Shown: positions 21,801-32,300, counted from the first letter of the stretch. The stretch is 64,000 nt of DNA from Giardia intestinalis (GCA_000002435.2 CM018792.1); one strand, 5' to 3'. Notes: generated from the letters alone by a model not told the origin. A program made the numbers and translations.

Positions 21801-24800
21801 CGTTAACAAACCGGCCCTGTCCTCAGATCTATTGAGAAACTTATGCAGCATGTATGAGCAATTGGATAGCTGTCATAGACTGAAGGGTGATATGACGATT
21901 TTACGTGACTTAGCCCCTTCTATGGGCCACAGAGTCACCACCCTGTATCCTTACGTTATTAAGGGGGATTCTGTCATGTTCTCCGTTCCATACTCCTACT
22001 TTCAGTTGTATCCTGTTGAAGCCCCTTCTTTAATGAGGGGGGTGTTCAGCCACAAGGATATAGAGCTTATTCTTTCAGTTGTCTTCGGATATAAAATTAA
22101 TGTACTATCGAGCAAACCCATATCTTTGAGCTCTCCTGATTCTGCCAAACCAGATGCTCATCAAATGCTTCACTTGCAGGTAGTGGCAAACAGTTTGGCT
22201 GCGAAAATGAGCACCCACTTTTCCTCACTCAAGTGGACCGACTCTCGCGTGATCAATGGGATTTTGCTCAGTACGTATTCACAGGCAGCTTCTATGTTTA
22301 CGGCTATAAATGACCAGGTTCCATTACTGCCACATTTGGAAGGGGGCTCGCGGAGTACCTCGGGCTTTACTAAAACAGATATGCAACTCAGTATGTACAG
22401 CAGCCTGCTTGTGCTCGGGCAATCCATTTCACAAAGCATGGAGAATATGCCATTGGACGGCTTGCCAGATATTTATTCTCTACAGATTGATCATCCTGTC
22501 TTGATACCCTTACATAGCATCCGTGCAGCTGCCAGCCTTTATGGTCGGAACATGTCGACGCAGACGAGGGGAGCGTTTGTCTCTTTTATTCTTTCCTTCG
22601 GAGAATGGGCTATTTCTCATGTTAGTCTAGATACATCGATGGGGATAGCTGAAGGATCTGGTGACTGGAAGCCTGCCTTCGATATTGCCAATGCCTTTCA
22701 AATGAGTACGGTCATCTCCTCTAAATCTGATCTTCAGTCCTTGGTGTTTAAGGATATTAGCTACTCAGAGATTCTAGACCCTCTCCTGAGTAGCTTTGCA
22801 AAGGTGGCCACACCGTCTTTAGAGCAGGTAGCAGGTAAAGGCTATCGTCCCTTTTTTGACCTACGCTCCTACTATAGCCAGGTACAGTTTATCGATTTAA
22901 TTTGCACAAGCACTAATGATGCTGCGGCTCGGCTCAGGCGACACTTTTTAGATATAGAAAAGCCTCATTCCGAAGAGCTTCTGAGTCTGAATTTCTTCAA
23001 GCATATATGCACATATAATTTGACGACAGACGTTGCTTCTTATTCCTTAAATAGCTCCCTGCCGGTGGGACTATTTAAGATCTTATTGACCGTTGCATTT
23101 GATTTAGATATCCCAGAGCTATGTCTTAAGCTCCTAACCCTGGTTAAACTCCGCCTAGTAACCACCATAGCACATGCGATGCTTTGGGAGCTGTTTCTCG
23201 CTGGTATCAATAAGGGGGAACAGTGTAGGACTGTCGATTCAACCCGGTTTTGGTTTGCAGATGTGCTAGCTATCTTTGGCCTAAATCTAGTTAAGTGTAG
23301 AATAATTCCAGAGAAGATTCTTGATACAACCATTTCTGGTGCGTTTAAATACATATGTAACTATCTGAATAGACACTACGAGAAACGACTCTCATCTTCT
23401 AACAGAGCTTATTTGGCTATAATCCTGACAAAGCTAACCTCGGAATCTGGAGTGTACTTAGCAACATGTTGCCACGACCTTGTTTCTGCTATTTCCAAGA
23501 TAGTCTTGGGTCTCTGCTTCACCGGCTCCATCACCTATCTACCTTCTTGCTGCAATGCCTCAAGCCTTCCGATGATTTGCCACTTTTTAGCTGAATCCTA
23601 CATCAACACGCTTGAGACCATCTCCTTGCTCCAAGCACAAGAAGACCAAGCCTTGGGTGTGCTCTCCTGCTCCAAACTACCACCAGCCTTAGAGCGCTTG
23701 ATGCGGCTCTTTGACATGGTAGGTGATTGTTCCTCAGAAGAGGACGATTATCTAAACCTCTATAGACTATTGATATCGACAGGGTACAATCCTTTTTCGG
23801 CACACGGATTTTCTAGCAATCAATCTGACTTCTTACGGGTGCTTATCAAAACCCCTTCTTCAGACGGTGCAGAAAAGTGTACTATTGAATCACAGGTTCT
23901 CGATCAGTTTTCGCATCTCGAACATCTCCACAACGCCATCCTGGAAGATATGGACCTGACCCAACACTCTGCGCCTCTTTCTCTTTCAGTGCTGGCCTAT
24001 AAAATGCTTACGCACCTGATTACAGTGGTTGTCCCTCAGCTTTCTGACACACTTTCCAAAGAGGACGAGTACAGCCTTATGAGCCATTACATTGCACGCT
24101 TCAATGCGTTGGGATACTTTATGGGAGATACAATCTCCAGCCTTCTTATTGATGCGGTGCTGCACAAGTTGTTGAAGCGCAGCAAGGGAAATAAGCTGTG
24201 CAACATGGCCAATGGCCTGGGTGTCTTCATCTGCTACCTCATCTACGCCTGCCCAGAGCACAACCTTTCATGCAGCTACAACAAGTCGGCCGTGCTGGCA
24301 CATTTCCTTGAGAGGCTTTTGCGGTTTACTTCCTACTTAACGAGCTTTAAGTATAAAAACTCTTACAAGCTGCAGGGGCTTATGAATTTTAGAAGTCTTG
24401 ACCTTTTACCAAACATGACATTACGGACAGACAGTGGCAAGGCAGAGTCTCAGGATGTCGTTGTCGACTCTGCCTGCATTACACTCTATAGAATCCTCAC
24501 AGTTTTGTCGGCTAATTTATTTAGTAAGAGCTCGCCTGTATTCGCTTACAGACACGATTTTATCTATGTATTGACTCACTACCTTCTTTATATAAGTCCC
24601 CAACAGAGCATTTTGTTCAATAACCTGTTCCTTGCAATCATCTCAGAGTCATCGTTTATCGATGCTGCCCTCTCGATGTCAGATCTCGATGCTCTCTCGT
24701 ACTGCAGCTTTAGCTTAGAGTACGCAATACATTATGCTGCAAGCACCATACCGTCAACCCTCAACAATGTCGGCAGTCCAATAGCTGCGTCCTCAGCGGC

Positions 24801-26070
24801 AGCAGAGGTGACTAAGGAACTATGGAATATCTGCGCTGACGTGGGGATAGAGTACCTACCCGGCTCGTCTACATCATCCGGACACGCAGAGTTACTGCTA
24901 AGCTCATCGGCACAGCACCACCTTCTACAAATGAAATCAGATCTTTCCGTTATGAGCCTCAACGCCATCCCGTTGTCCCTTAACCCTGTGTACAACCAGT
25001 TCTTTACTGTCCAAGTGGGGAATCCATCATGGAAGCACTATCTGCGACTTCTTTGTGAGGCACTTGAGTTTATTCAATTGACCCCCCAGATCCTGCGCCA
25101 ACTCAATACCACCGACGTGTACAATGCAAACAACTGCTTTGTTAAGAGTACACTGCGGTTACTTGAGCTCTTAAGACACGATTTTCCTTCATTTATTAGC
25201 TTCTACAAAATGCACCTTGCCTCTCGGATTTCGTCCAATCACAAAGCACTTCGGTGTTTCATACTCTCTGTGCCAGGCTCACCATTAACACACTATCAGA
25301 TTGCTAACTCAATGGATTTGGATGTTGTCCGAGATGTTAAAGAGATTTGCCTTGCCCCGCCGCTTGCGGGCTTTCACACCGGGCTCGCCACCGTTCGTTC
25401 TCCGAGCCAAGTCATTGCGGAGTTCTCTCACAGTATCGTGCCGGTAAAGTATACGATGCAGCGCCATGCTCACCCAGCCGCTGCAGCACACGATTCCTTC
25501 GTCATTCGGTTGCGTGAAACTGGAGCGTTGGCCCAAATCAATGAGCTCAGAAAGCTTGCAGCAAAGGGGACTCAGTTTCTGAGGACGGGTAGTGTGAGCG
25601 ATCTACAAGAAACTAAGAATAAGCTAAACAGAGAACAGGCCTCAGCACTTATAGAAAAGCTGTGTGCGATCTTTGTAGCTAACGCCGCTGATCAATCCGG
25701 GATTAGAGATATGGTGTTCATATACTCGTTTGTCTTCTATGCCTGTAGTGAGCTCTTGAGTTGCATTTTAGCTAGCCAGCGCGCCCTTTCTGCCCCTGGG
25801 GAGATGGTAGTATTTCAGCTCTTTGAGCGTCTGCTCCAACACCAGAGCGTTAGAGAGTATCACCTGAAGCACGTTCTTCATACGCTCCTGATTCATCTAG
25901 GGGAGCCGAATCGTATATCCTATATGTTTGCCTTACTCCTTCGACACTTGATAACAGTTGATCTTCAGCTACGGAGAACCTTAAAGGAATGTGTCGAAGA
26001 GATAAAGCCCGCGGATCCTCCGTGGGCCTTACGGATACTAAAACAAGTAATAAGTGAGGGCGGATCTTAA
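15817..26070 (+). CDS. Giant hypothetical protein (3417 aa), mostly alpha-helical by composition, no recognised domain
   Basis: Uninterrupted 10.25 kb ORF with an ATG at 15817 preceded by caaaaaataaaaacg. No P-loop or kinase motifs seen. Confidence 0.75.
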   Translation: MQLNQSFYFSMESLFKDLTDVPGAVERFKTIYENTKLEGYSYFVIAGLSLLLNLPQVHPDYPALQLFFEVSRFVLETMEALQQYVRTIHYFISNSFISNSSAPGTVAQRILDLTRLDTQVPNIGVITEYLMMVISIPDFRSQTSSEQAHAAITSLRSQGEVLAYLFYVVYCHRDSYSIQCGELLKSYMSRGMQPSPYLNNLLTHAINYYVGPNYQIQQGMAISPAYSQSSPMGMQQRQLQCTPQFSNALYNKDIAIIVLNVGPISINDRHFLQYVLNICQPITTVKLVHLIMALSSVAGDPCKYINQLNMAYFIQTYLSSVKMDQAYKESLLKQQYSQYHINAIFSVLRNGKVDVQWKDILSILEQQVTTIDTYLAQTIITAYIGYYIDSNPNICLCASCASTFGSPSCGNNASNNVYIPPRARQAIDKPSYSPVFGLFDYVFRDTDRGANYLYYFEANFFIGSIIYFNQLVRVFNKMLLTDVIPYLKEGKELPPQFEQQYIPYCKVFFIFSQICSPRVTIEKGNIHLVKGFPILAAMDMLYYAFKPQSNLFHPCLSQKSGGIFTPDLLEYIYDVFNPINLTYPGNPHLTPASSQSYNSRASRPESWIWSSPNLVKSIFRIYPLVAPQVRTVFNDILGLNGNRSQYGPDPISRCPDQLLVTLTFADMDMLPVLQDSDRQQQQVKKPIAPLYLLAKPHELITKAMLRVCTTFLLQKYLFKATKQQTNQGYIDAIVATNPDIVLFACEVFWRRNPNNMGKVIDVIQELRLIEPIVRTWRSFEFVCDAAAFASGREFLNPALFIINAMQTYGRTFAEEFLIFILKKSLRTLRNIDGKTMREMCLLLTEEDVKLCSMVLLPYAGDQSRCRQNITDATISWNGNLLEILDILAKKEYSDQAAKLRLMGLLTEPLVITAQGNSLQTYHDMNFLDIALTAVLPTAYNQYKLRAEQYMLSSSPITESMQLVFFKFSYAYRTYFKLAFPEDTYLESLFRLVEKVIKHCLPEAEIIEKSPMGVFFDVSTTEQNIWNEATTTLQKYLQGRLSSDEMVTMAATRQKNSCSTLAYQMSYCTLMHTIIELLDTPVRCAELLGIGEHDAMLATNASRDELGVMQETPLLRAELSLAALGGLLMGSGVLSDVFVPRLCTLLLKHLNSTVPFFNEVGMELLCCFYKEVDAVEKDSVRSPKRWTATFSHIYNTRYFTELSAKRYVPLSAEKQKYCEKIESERFGIIEETPIDVIIDRLFGDKKAADYDLTKVYQTFMSGTSLNAPTTQGHAPQVLYSSASQNLSIHREQDKSVPHLPAQNCFAGLLSRYRHRISPTLVKAMDDISAMSVVVAKQKYAQFVTSLLGVLSNGSQTSLGELVARLREDVVFQQILSYYLVSTSLSSNDGSAVGVSYRSGSFSAQASLSTVSLITDINLYLRNDALIDNLANVAILSSRLVDLYEASSVKQRVSLKTMLFHYSLVMLWDLVDSILEADESGIHSESLGRNVGTLAPVERQHAHVALLAKRYKRAITLGHWLGFLVFGARYAPLKQDINFLELIDISAHRGTFILLVVFFRSFLRHSLDSPGLPATSGLVIMIISKLYDTLCNINRLTIRYPVYQLEIATALIGDFQEEAYTCLEHTKLYQHNITHNSSLQGLFSSSELICTSHVNGDRTELALKPPPFKYIDPAAKTRQASSINGLNMLRLERSFNPLSDTPCQAYCIPPHIFRSEMRLGVLCEIQRNEDPQQTPFPLILSFLTANPSLYAFFERAVQIICNMPELVEGKRRACFHARNLVYTLLQESSLSICSRGSSTPSMASIKSQTGPSSSSGKSSHLPTVASNISLKNASSDETNPNFAYVATTYIATSLFRASAYTIICSKIRLLLHKSFYWVPTAREEDLRLQRLLEDTIIEGLIRLAAEYALSLLHKQIRDFSEVILTSKKDRQMKFTNACNTSTQNQEDSEYSELSYQQGDTFSLQFLAPRADTAFTTNSTPLCCESTQKFSTTSVVSTVNKPALSSDLLRNLCSMYEQLDSCHRLKGDMTILRDLAPSMGHRVTTLYPYVIKGDSVMFSVPYSYFQLYPVEAPSLMRGVFSHKDIELILSVVFGYKINVLSSKPISLSSPDSAKPDAHQMLHLQVVANSLAAKMSTHFSSLKWTDSRVINGILLSTYSQAASMFTAINDQVPLLPHLEGGSRSTSGFTKTDMQLSMYSSLLVLGQSISQSMENMPLDGLPDIYSLQIDHPVLIPLHSIRAAASLYGRNMSTQTRGAFVSFILSFGEWAISHVSLDTSMGIAEGSGDWKPAFDIANAFQMSTVISSKSDLQSLVFKDISYSEILDPLLSSFAKVATPSLEQVAGKGYRPFFDLRSYYSQVQFIDLICTSTNDAAARLRRHFLDIEKPHSEELLSLNFFKHICTYNLTTDVASYSLNSSLPVGLFKILLTVAFDLDIPELCLKLLTLVKLRLVTTIAHAMLWELFLAGINKGEQCRTVDSTRFWFADVLAIFGLNLVKCRIIPEKILDTTISGAFKYICNYLNRHYEKRLSSSNRAYLAIILTKLTSESGVYLATCCHDLVSAISKIVLGLCFTGSITYLPSCCNASSLPMICHFLAESYINTLETISLLQAQEDQALGVLSCSKLPPALERLMRLFDMVGDCSSEEDDYLNLYRLLISTGYNPFSAHGFSSNQSDFLRVLIKTPSSDGAEKCTIESQVLDQFSHLEHLHNAILEDMDLTQHSAPLSLSVLAYKMLTHLITVVVPQLSDTLSKEDEYSLMSHYIARFNALGYFMGDTISSLLIDAVLHKLLKRSKGNKLCNMANGLGVFICYLIYACPEHNLSCSYNKSAVLAHFLERLLRFTSYLTSFKYKNSYKLQGLMNFRSLDLLPNMTLRTDSGKAESQDVVVDSACITLYRILTVLSANLFSKSSPVFAYRHDFIYVLTHYLLYISPQQSILFNNLFLAIISESSFIDAALSMSDLDALSYCSFSLEYAIHYAASTIPSTLNNVGSPIAASSAAAEVTKELWNICADVGIEYLPGSSTSSGHAELLLSSSAQHHLLQMKSDLSVMSLNAIPLSLNPVYNQFFTVQVGNPSWKHYLRLLCEALEFIQLTPQILRQLNTTDVYNANNCFVKSTLRLLELLRHDFPSFISFYKMHLASRISSNHKALRCFILSVPGSPLTHYQIANSMDLDVVRDVKEICLAPPLAGFHTGLATVRSPSQVIAEFSHSIVPVKYTMQRHAHPAAAAHDSFVIRLRETGALAQINELRKLAAKGTQFLRTGSVSDLQETKNKLNREQASALIEKLCAIFVANAADQSGIRDMVFIYSFVFYACSELLSCILASQRALSAPGEMVVFQLFERLLQHQSVREYHLKHVLHTLLIHLGEPNRISYMFALLLRHLITVDLQLRRTLKECVEEIKPADPPWALRILKQVISEGGS

Positions 26071-26724
26071 TGTGGCAAGAGATATGGAGTGAATTTAAAA
26101 GGAGCATGATAAGTGTAGTGTGTCGTAGCATTGCTAGAATGTAAGCGTGGAAGCTTGACTTCGAGGTCTCCAATAAGATATACTTCTGTGAGCACACAAA
26201 GATGATATGTATCAGTGAGCTCAGTACTCATCAGCACATAAAGAATCTCACCCAAAGCAAGCCCTATGAGTCGCTCTAGTGTTTCACCTTGTTTCCCACC
26301 GCCAACAACCAAATCTGAAAGATCCGCGGACAGCGCATAGAGTAAACAAATCTGTTCACTCCAGCACCATTCCTGCGTCTCCTGTGAGGTGGAGCCGCTT
26401 AACACACGTGTTGCACTCAAATGCTTTTTGGCCGCCTGGAGGAGATTGCTGCGAAACTACCAGAATTGGCGGTTGCTTTACAGGCTCTGCGTTAAGGAAT
26501 ACGCTTCGTGAGGACACAGTTCCTTCTTCTGCCGTTACCTCCAGCCGTGTCTCTGCTTTAACTTCGATCCGTGCGTAGCCCCTGTCATTCATGACCAGCC
26601 TGATGTTGGTGAGCTTTCCTTGGGCCCCCTTTTTCGACAGCAGACCGACCTCCTCCTCGCTCAGCATGATGAGCATAGGCTCGCACCGCTGGACGTCAGT
26701 CTGAGGGAAATCATATCTGTACAT
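26067..26724 (-). CDS. Hypothetical small protein whose reading frame is interrupted (two overlapping frames: 26356..26724 and 26067..26456)
   Basis: There is an ATG at 26722-26724. ORF A (122 aa) stops at 26356. A second frame is open from about 26456 to 26067 with no ATG of its own (the track start at 26420 is TTG). This implies a frameshift or an unconventional junction. Confidence 0.4.
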
Positions 26725-26822
26725 AAAATTTACAAAAAAGTTAACATTGAATTATTAATTGGTTGCTTCAGCTAGTAATGAGCAGAAAAAATCCATTCTC
26801 CACTTACTCAGCAGAAGATACT

Positions 26823-29345
26823 TTAGTAGGCTGGAAGTGGCAGTGCCGCTCGATCAACTGGACACTGAAGGGTCTCGTCCATCCAGCGGCGTAGACAGGC
26901 AGCATGAAAGATGTGTCCGCATGGGGTAGTCCAGAGATCCCGATCAGAATCAGCTGACGACTTCTGCTGAGGTGGCTCTTCCTCTCCTGACAACTTTCCT
27001 GATGTGTTTATGTCTTCCAATATATCTTTTATCGCTTGCGCGTCCAACTCGTGTGCCTTTTTCGATGACTCAGAGAAAAGGTTAATGTGCTTTTCTGTGA
27101 GGGTGATATAATCAAAGCAAATACTGCAAATAACACATTCAGATACGTCTTTCGGTTTCACCATGTAGAAGCAGTTCATGAGGCTGCCTTCAGGATCCCT
27201 GACATCAGTGTACAAAAGAGCTTGCTGACAGGATAGTCGAGACTGTAAGTACGTAGTACACGAGGCAAGGGCAGCCACAGTCATATCTTCTGAGTATAGA
27301 GAGCTGTGCTTATGTAAAGGATTCATGCAATAATGCTGATAAAACTCGCTCTCTAGCTGTAACTCCTCACTTGATGGTAAAACAGTAACTGTTGCTTGGT
27401 TAGAGTATGCACGAATGGTAGAGCTAGGCTTCTGGAAATATGACATAACAAACGGAAAGGACTGCCCGGCATCTGATTCAAGTCGCGCCAAAAACTCACG
27501 TGGCGTCTCTGCTTCTCTCCGCTGATTGCTTACGTGGTCAACGTAGTCAAAGTCTGTAAGAACATGCTGTGAAAGAAGCTTATTAGTGTATGTGTATATG
27601 GAGTGAGACCCTTTGGCGACAAACGCTTTGTATCGATTCTTGTGTGTAGCCATAAGGGCCAGCATTATAGTGAGCTGTAGAAAGACCCAGAAAAATAGAA
27701 GATACTGGTAGAACGAAACGGTTTCGTACCCTAGAAAGTTCTTCGGATAACAGTAGAAGTACCATATTGGAACCACGCGAAGGATTGTTGTGAAAACTAC
27801 GTACGTGTACGTGTATCCCATTGTAGGAGATCGTATTTTATACATATGATAGCACTGTGGGACCCAATAAGATGACAAGAGAAGAAAGAAGTAAAAGAGA
27901 AACTTAAACGGGATGTACGAGCTCACAATCATAGATCCGAGCATAACCAGGTAGAATATGCAATATATTTTTATTCCAATCTGTGGATTCTGACCTCTGT
28001 TTCTATCTATCATCATCTGCCGCTGTTTGAGCATAAGAAGCTGGATGTCGATGATGAGACATATGATAAAGAAAGCGACCGCTGCAAGAAGCAGAGGACC
28101 TAGTGAGTTCTGAAATTCAAACGCGTAGTTGACCCCGTTGATAGCTAGAAGTGCATCAATCGTCGTTTGCATCACAATGGATGCCATAGTCAGCTGAGCA
28201 AGTCGTACTGGAGAAACCAATTTTGTCAATGAATGTGCACTAAGAACGGCTGTGAGAATGGCAAAGATGGACACCACTCCTCCGTAGACCATCGCCTGAG
28301 TCATTTCTTGAGCCGAGTTATAAATAAGAGAGCGTGTCTGCATATCAACACAGCACTTCGCTGAATAAAGCCGATATTCTATTAAGGGAACTATCTCCTC
28401 AGTGGTACTACCGGCAAGAGGTCTGCCTTCCTGCCGAATCTGGGCCGCGAAATCCGGTGGATAAGTGTGGCCTTTTATCGGCCTTGTTGTGTTAGAAATG
28501 CTGAAAAATAAGTAATAGTCGCATGCATTTGGGCGTTCCAAATCAGACGAATTCGAAGTCGTACAAGTCTCATTAAATTTGAACTCTCCTAGCATATCAT
28601 CACTTGTCACATATGATGGCCATGGTTCATCACCATTAATATAAGCATCCACTTCTGTAATATTCAAATCAAGAGCTGGCTGCTTTGATAGTGACGGTAT
28701 AATCAGCTTTATCAGGCCTTTCTGCTGAGACGGATAGTAGTATCCATAGCCCACAAAATAGTGTGAATCGCTGTTTATGTAGGATCCGTTCATCAAATAG
28801 ATAGCCGCACTAACGTTGCGGGGTTGTGTGAGAAGCTCGCCACTGTCTTTTTTCTGCGAATAGTACTCAGTTGTCCACGTCAAGTCGAAGATACTCGCAA
28901 GCATCATTCCACCAGCTGCCCTATCCGGACTGGGGGTATATAGTCTCAGAGAGCCAGAGTTTCCTTGGGCAACGCTCCAATTTCCCCTATATGAGGTTGT
29001 TGCCGGCCCCAGCTTCACATCTATATAGTCAGGTGGGCTACTAGGTATCTCTCCCTCTTCCTGTAATGCAGAAGAGCGGCTAATAAAGAAGGGCTTCTGA
29101 GAATGGTAATAATCGTGTGAGCCAAGTCTACAATACGAAGGGTTAAAGAAATATGGAGCTCTCTGCACAACGCTGTGGATTCTGGAGTATATAGTTCGGA
29201 GAGAGCCTGTCCACCGAGACTGATTAACCACGTTTAGGTGCCTCTTGGAAAGCGAACTTGTTATAAGCAGCTCTGTCCGAATCGGGTCTGCAGAACGCAT
29301 TGCCAACGTGCCCAGTATTCCAAAGGAAATAAGGTAGACAAGCAT
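26823..29345 (-). CDS. Tul1-like transmembrane RING-H2 E3 ubiquitin ligase
   Basis: It has a signal peptide, a large luminal domain of about 330 aa, about 7 TM helices, and the C-terminal RING-H2 CVICSICFDYI...TPCGHIFHAACLRRWMDETLQCPVDR. Confidence 0.8.
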   Translation of the reverse strand: MLVYLISFGILGTLAMRSADPIRTELLITSSLSKRHLNVVNQSRWTGSLRTIYSRIHSVVQRAPYFFNPSYCRLGSHDYYHSQKPFFISRSSALQEEGEIPSSPPDYIDVKLGPATTSYRGNWSVAQGNSGSLRLYTPSPDRAAGGMMLASIFDLTWTTEYYSQKKDSGELLTQPRNVSAAIYLMNGSYINSDSHYFVGYGYYYPSQQKGLIKLIIPSLSKQPALDLNITEVDAYINGDEPWPSYVTSDDMLGEFKFNETCTTSNSSDLERPNACDYYLFFSISNTTRPIKGHTYPPDFAAQIRQEGRPLAGSTTEEIVPLIEYRLYSAKCCVDMQTRSLIYNSAQEMTQAMVYGGVVSIFAILTAVLSAHSLTKLVSPVRLAQLTMASIVMQTTIDALLAINGVNYAFEFQNSLGPLLLAAVAFFIICLIIDIQLLMLKQRQMMIDRNRGQNPQIGIKIYCIFYLVMLGSMIVSSYIPFKFLFYFFLLLSSYWVPQCYHMYKIRSPTMGYTYTYVVFTTILRVVPIWYFYCYPKNFLGYETVSFYQYLLFFWVFLQLTIMLALMATHKNRYKAFVAKGSHSIYTYTNKLLSQHVLTDFDYVDHVSNQRREAETPREFLARLESDAGQSFPFVMSYFQKPSSTIRAYSNQATVTVLPSSEELQLESEFYQHYCMNPLHKHSSLYSEDMTVAALASCTTYLQSRLSCQQALLYTDVRDPEGSLMNCFYMVKPKDVSECVICSICFDYITLTEKHINLFSESSKKAHELDAQAIKDILEDINTSGKLSGEEEPPQQKSSADSDRDLWTTPCGHIFHAACLRRWMDETLQCPVDRAALPLPAY

Positions 29346-29389
29346 TTAAGTCAGACGTTTACCCTTTTTTGGAGCTTGAAGCCAGCAAA

Positions 29390-32300
29390 TTATTTCTTTG
29401 TTTTACAAGATTGGACGTTCATAGACCCTGGTATCCCTAGTACTATGGCGTGCTCTGGAATCTGCTTGATGCAGAGCTGCTCGTAGCGGGAGAGCTCCAA
29501 TCCCTTGTCATCCAAAAGCATCTTCTGCACTAAACGATGGGTCTTTCCCTTTGTTATGTCACCAGGAATTATTCGAATGACACCGAAGAAGCGCTCCACT
29601 ACAGAATAAGGAGCTATCATAACAACCAATCCTGGCAGCTCACCCTCGGCAGGCCTTTTCGTGCTAATCATAGCAGACACGCTTAGCGAGGTCACGTTTT
29701 GCTCCCCATTGCCCTTGTCGATATGCTTTTGAAAGCCGTCTTGATCTTCTTCTAACAAAACCTCACCTGAATGAATAACTGTGTCACCAGTAGTATAGGT
29801 AAACGGCGGAATAGAAGCGACGCTTTTCCACATAGTGGCTAATACAGGCGAAATGTGTGCGTCAAATAGAGTCTTATAGTCCTTACTCATAGAGCTGGTA
29901 GTACAGGTGTTCTTATTGTGACCTAGAATGCCACAGAGACAACAAAAGTCCGAAGAACAGATACTTCCCTCATCCCCGGTATCGTCCTGGGAATCCTCAC
30001 CTCGCTGAGCCGATATCATTTTCTTGTAACTTTCAGCCTCTTCCAAACGACCTTCTGATATGAGGCGCTTTATCTTCGCTTGCTGCTTCTGTACCCTGAT
30101 TTTGGCTTGTCGCTCCTTTTGGAGTCGCTTTCTCTCATCCTTGTTGCTGTCTTTTAGTACTTGCTCCGCAGTGGTAACCTGAGATTTCTGCTTTTGAGTG
30201 CTAAGAACCAAGAGCTTACCGGACTCGTCAACTGTCTGCCCTGCGTCTTCCGTAGTACAGATTATGGATTCATTTTTATCGCTATATGCTACCTGCCATG
30301 GCGGCGGTGCCTCTGAGGCCGGATCCATGACATTTGCAGTATCGTACCTCCACAAAAGTGCCACACCCAGTTCTAGGGGCTGTTGGGGGATGAAGTTTCG
30401 CTTTCCACGTATGACAAATGATCCCGTTCCAATATACATGCCGGCCGGGGCTGTCTTAGAGACCTGGTCCGCATACACCCAGTAAGACTGTGTCCCGACC
30501 TTCTGTGCCCACATTTTACTATGAATAACTGTAAACGCCCCAGCTTCCAGCATTGTCTGCACTGGAGGTACCCATCTTAAGACCGTATTCTGCTGAGGTA
30601 TATCTGTGGTGGTAAGTCGAGGAGCTTTGACGATGGTGCAGGCTGCTCCATGAGCTTCAGAGTGGACAAATATATCGTTTGATGACATGAACTTTTTAAC
30701 CAGCAACTCATTGGATTGAGCATCCCTGCCCGATAAAACCAGATATCCATCAGTGCTAAAGAACCAGTGAAACTTTTCAAACCAGAGTGGTGATCGCTGA
30801 TGCTGCAGAGCGATTAGCTCTGCATCAGTCTCTTTCATAACACTATCTATATCCGCAGTAGCCTTCTTTTCTACTTTATCAAAGTAGGCTGATGAGTGCC
30901 CGAGGGTTCTCTTACACTTCTCCTCTGCAGCTTTTGCTGCCTCGAAGAGTGTTTTAGCTATTATGTGAGCGGTGGTTCCTGCTGCTCCCTTAAAGGGAAC
31001 ATCTACAGAGATAACTATGGGTTCCGTGGGATCTGACACTATCTTAGTATCTCCACACGAGCCGCACACTTGCTGCTCGTTATTGTCTTCGGTCTCATTA
31101 CTAGCCTCTAAATCTAAGATCCCTTGCTTTTCTGTTGCTCTAAATTTGCTTAGGGCTAAGAATGGTGTACAATCCGTGTAGCACATATTATGAATATCAG
31201 ATGCAAAAATAGATATATTAAAAGAAACAAGCTTCCGGACTACATCTATTGAAGAAATAGCCTCCAAAAGCGGGATGTCCGTACTACCACAATTCATCCA
31301 AGCGATGACATCGTTCCATGTAATGCGTCCAGTCTTAAAGAGGAACTCCATTTGTTTAGTGAGATAGTCAATCTCAGTGGCCTTCCAAAGAATGCACTCC
31401 GCCAAAAGGCGTTTCTGTGTCGCTGAGTTGAGCAGAGAGGCCATGCGGTCCTCTGTCGTGTCTTGTGCATGAGCTATTGTCGACTTGGCCTTTTGAATCA
31501 GTTGAGCTCTATTTTGATAAGCCCTTGCAGTCACTAAGAAAGAATTATATTCATCCAAGGTCTTGTTATAGGACTCATACTCCCTTATATCTTCGGCTCT
31601 GTACAGCGCTCCCTCCTGGTAGATGGAGCGTATATCAAAAATATGATATTCTGCTACACGTATAGCGGTCATGATAGTATCATCCAAGTCCCCCTCACCC
31701 GTGTCAACGATGGCCAACTCGTCCTCCCGATAAAAGTAGATATATCCTTTTGATAAGAGAGAATCAAAAGATGATTTGGCGGCCTCAATAAGACATTTCA
31801 GAACGCCTTCGCAAACCTTCCAAAGCTTTATCACAAGCTGCTCGTCCTCTTGGACTGCTTTTGCCTTGATGCTAGTTTTGCAATTAACTGCCCGCAGAAC
31901 AATGGCCGATGCAGATCCGCCAAGAAAGAAGTCCTTTGCAAGCGCCGCGCGAAAAGATGCATTCTGGCCCTTCTGCTTGCTGGCTTTGGCAATGATTTGT
32001 CTGAAGTGATCAAGTGTGCAGAGCTTCTCTATGTCCATAAGAATAACGCGATCATCTCCATGCATACTAAAATAGTTTCCACCCACGTGCTGCCCAGGCA
32101 TTTTGGATTGTGTTACCAGAACCTTATAAGCCTCATCTGTCAAAATCAAATTTCCGCGTCCGTACAACTCAACTATCAAGTATCTTTTCAAGTCGCTGTT
32201 ATATCGGCTAAACTCCAGGATGATTACACGATCAAAGTAGAACTGACTGACTCCTGTGCATATCATATTGCATATTTCTGTTCTGAGCCTATTTGAGAAC

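Noticed and set aside
26381-26406. 26-nt GTGTGTT...CACAG element as a Giardia-type cis-intron joining the two frames of the split gene
   Set aside because: Removing it puts the downstream sequence into a third frame, with a stop after about 35 codons. It is shorter than known Giardia introns and lacks the CTRAC branch motif.
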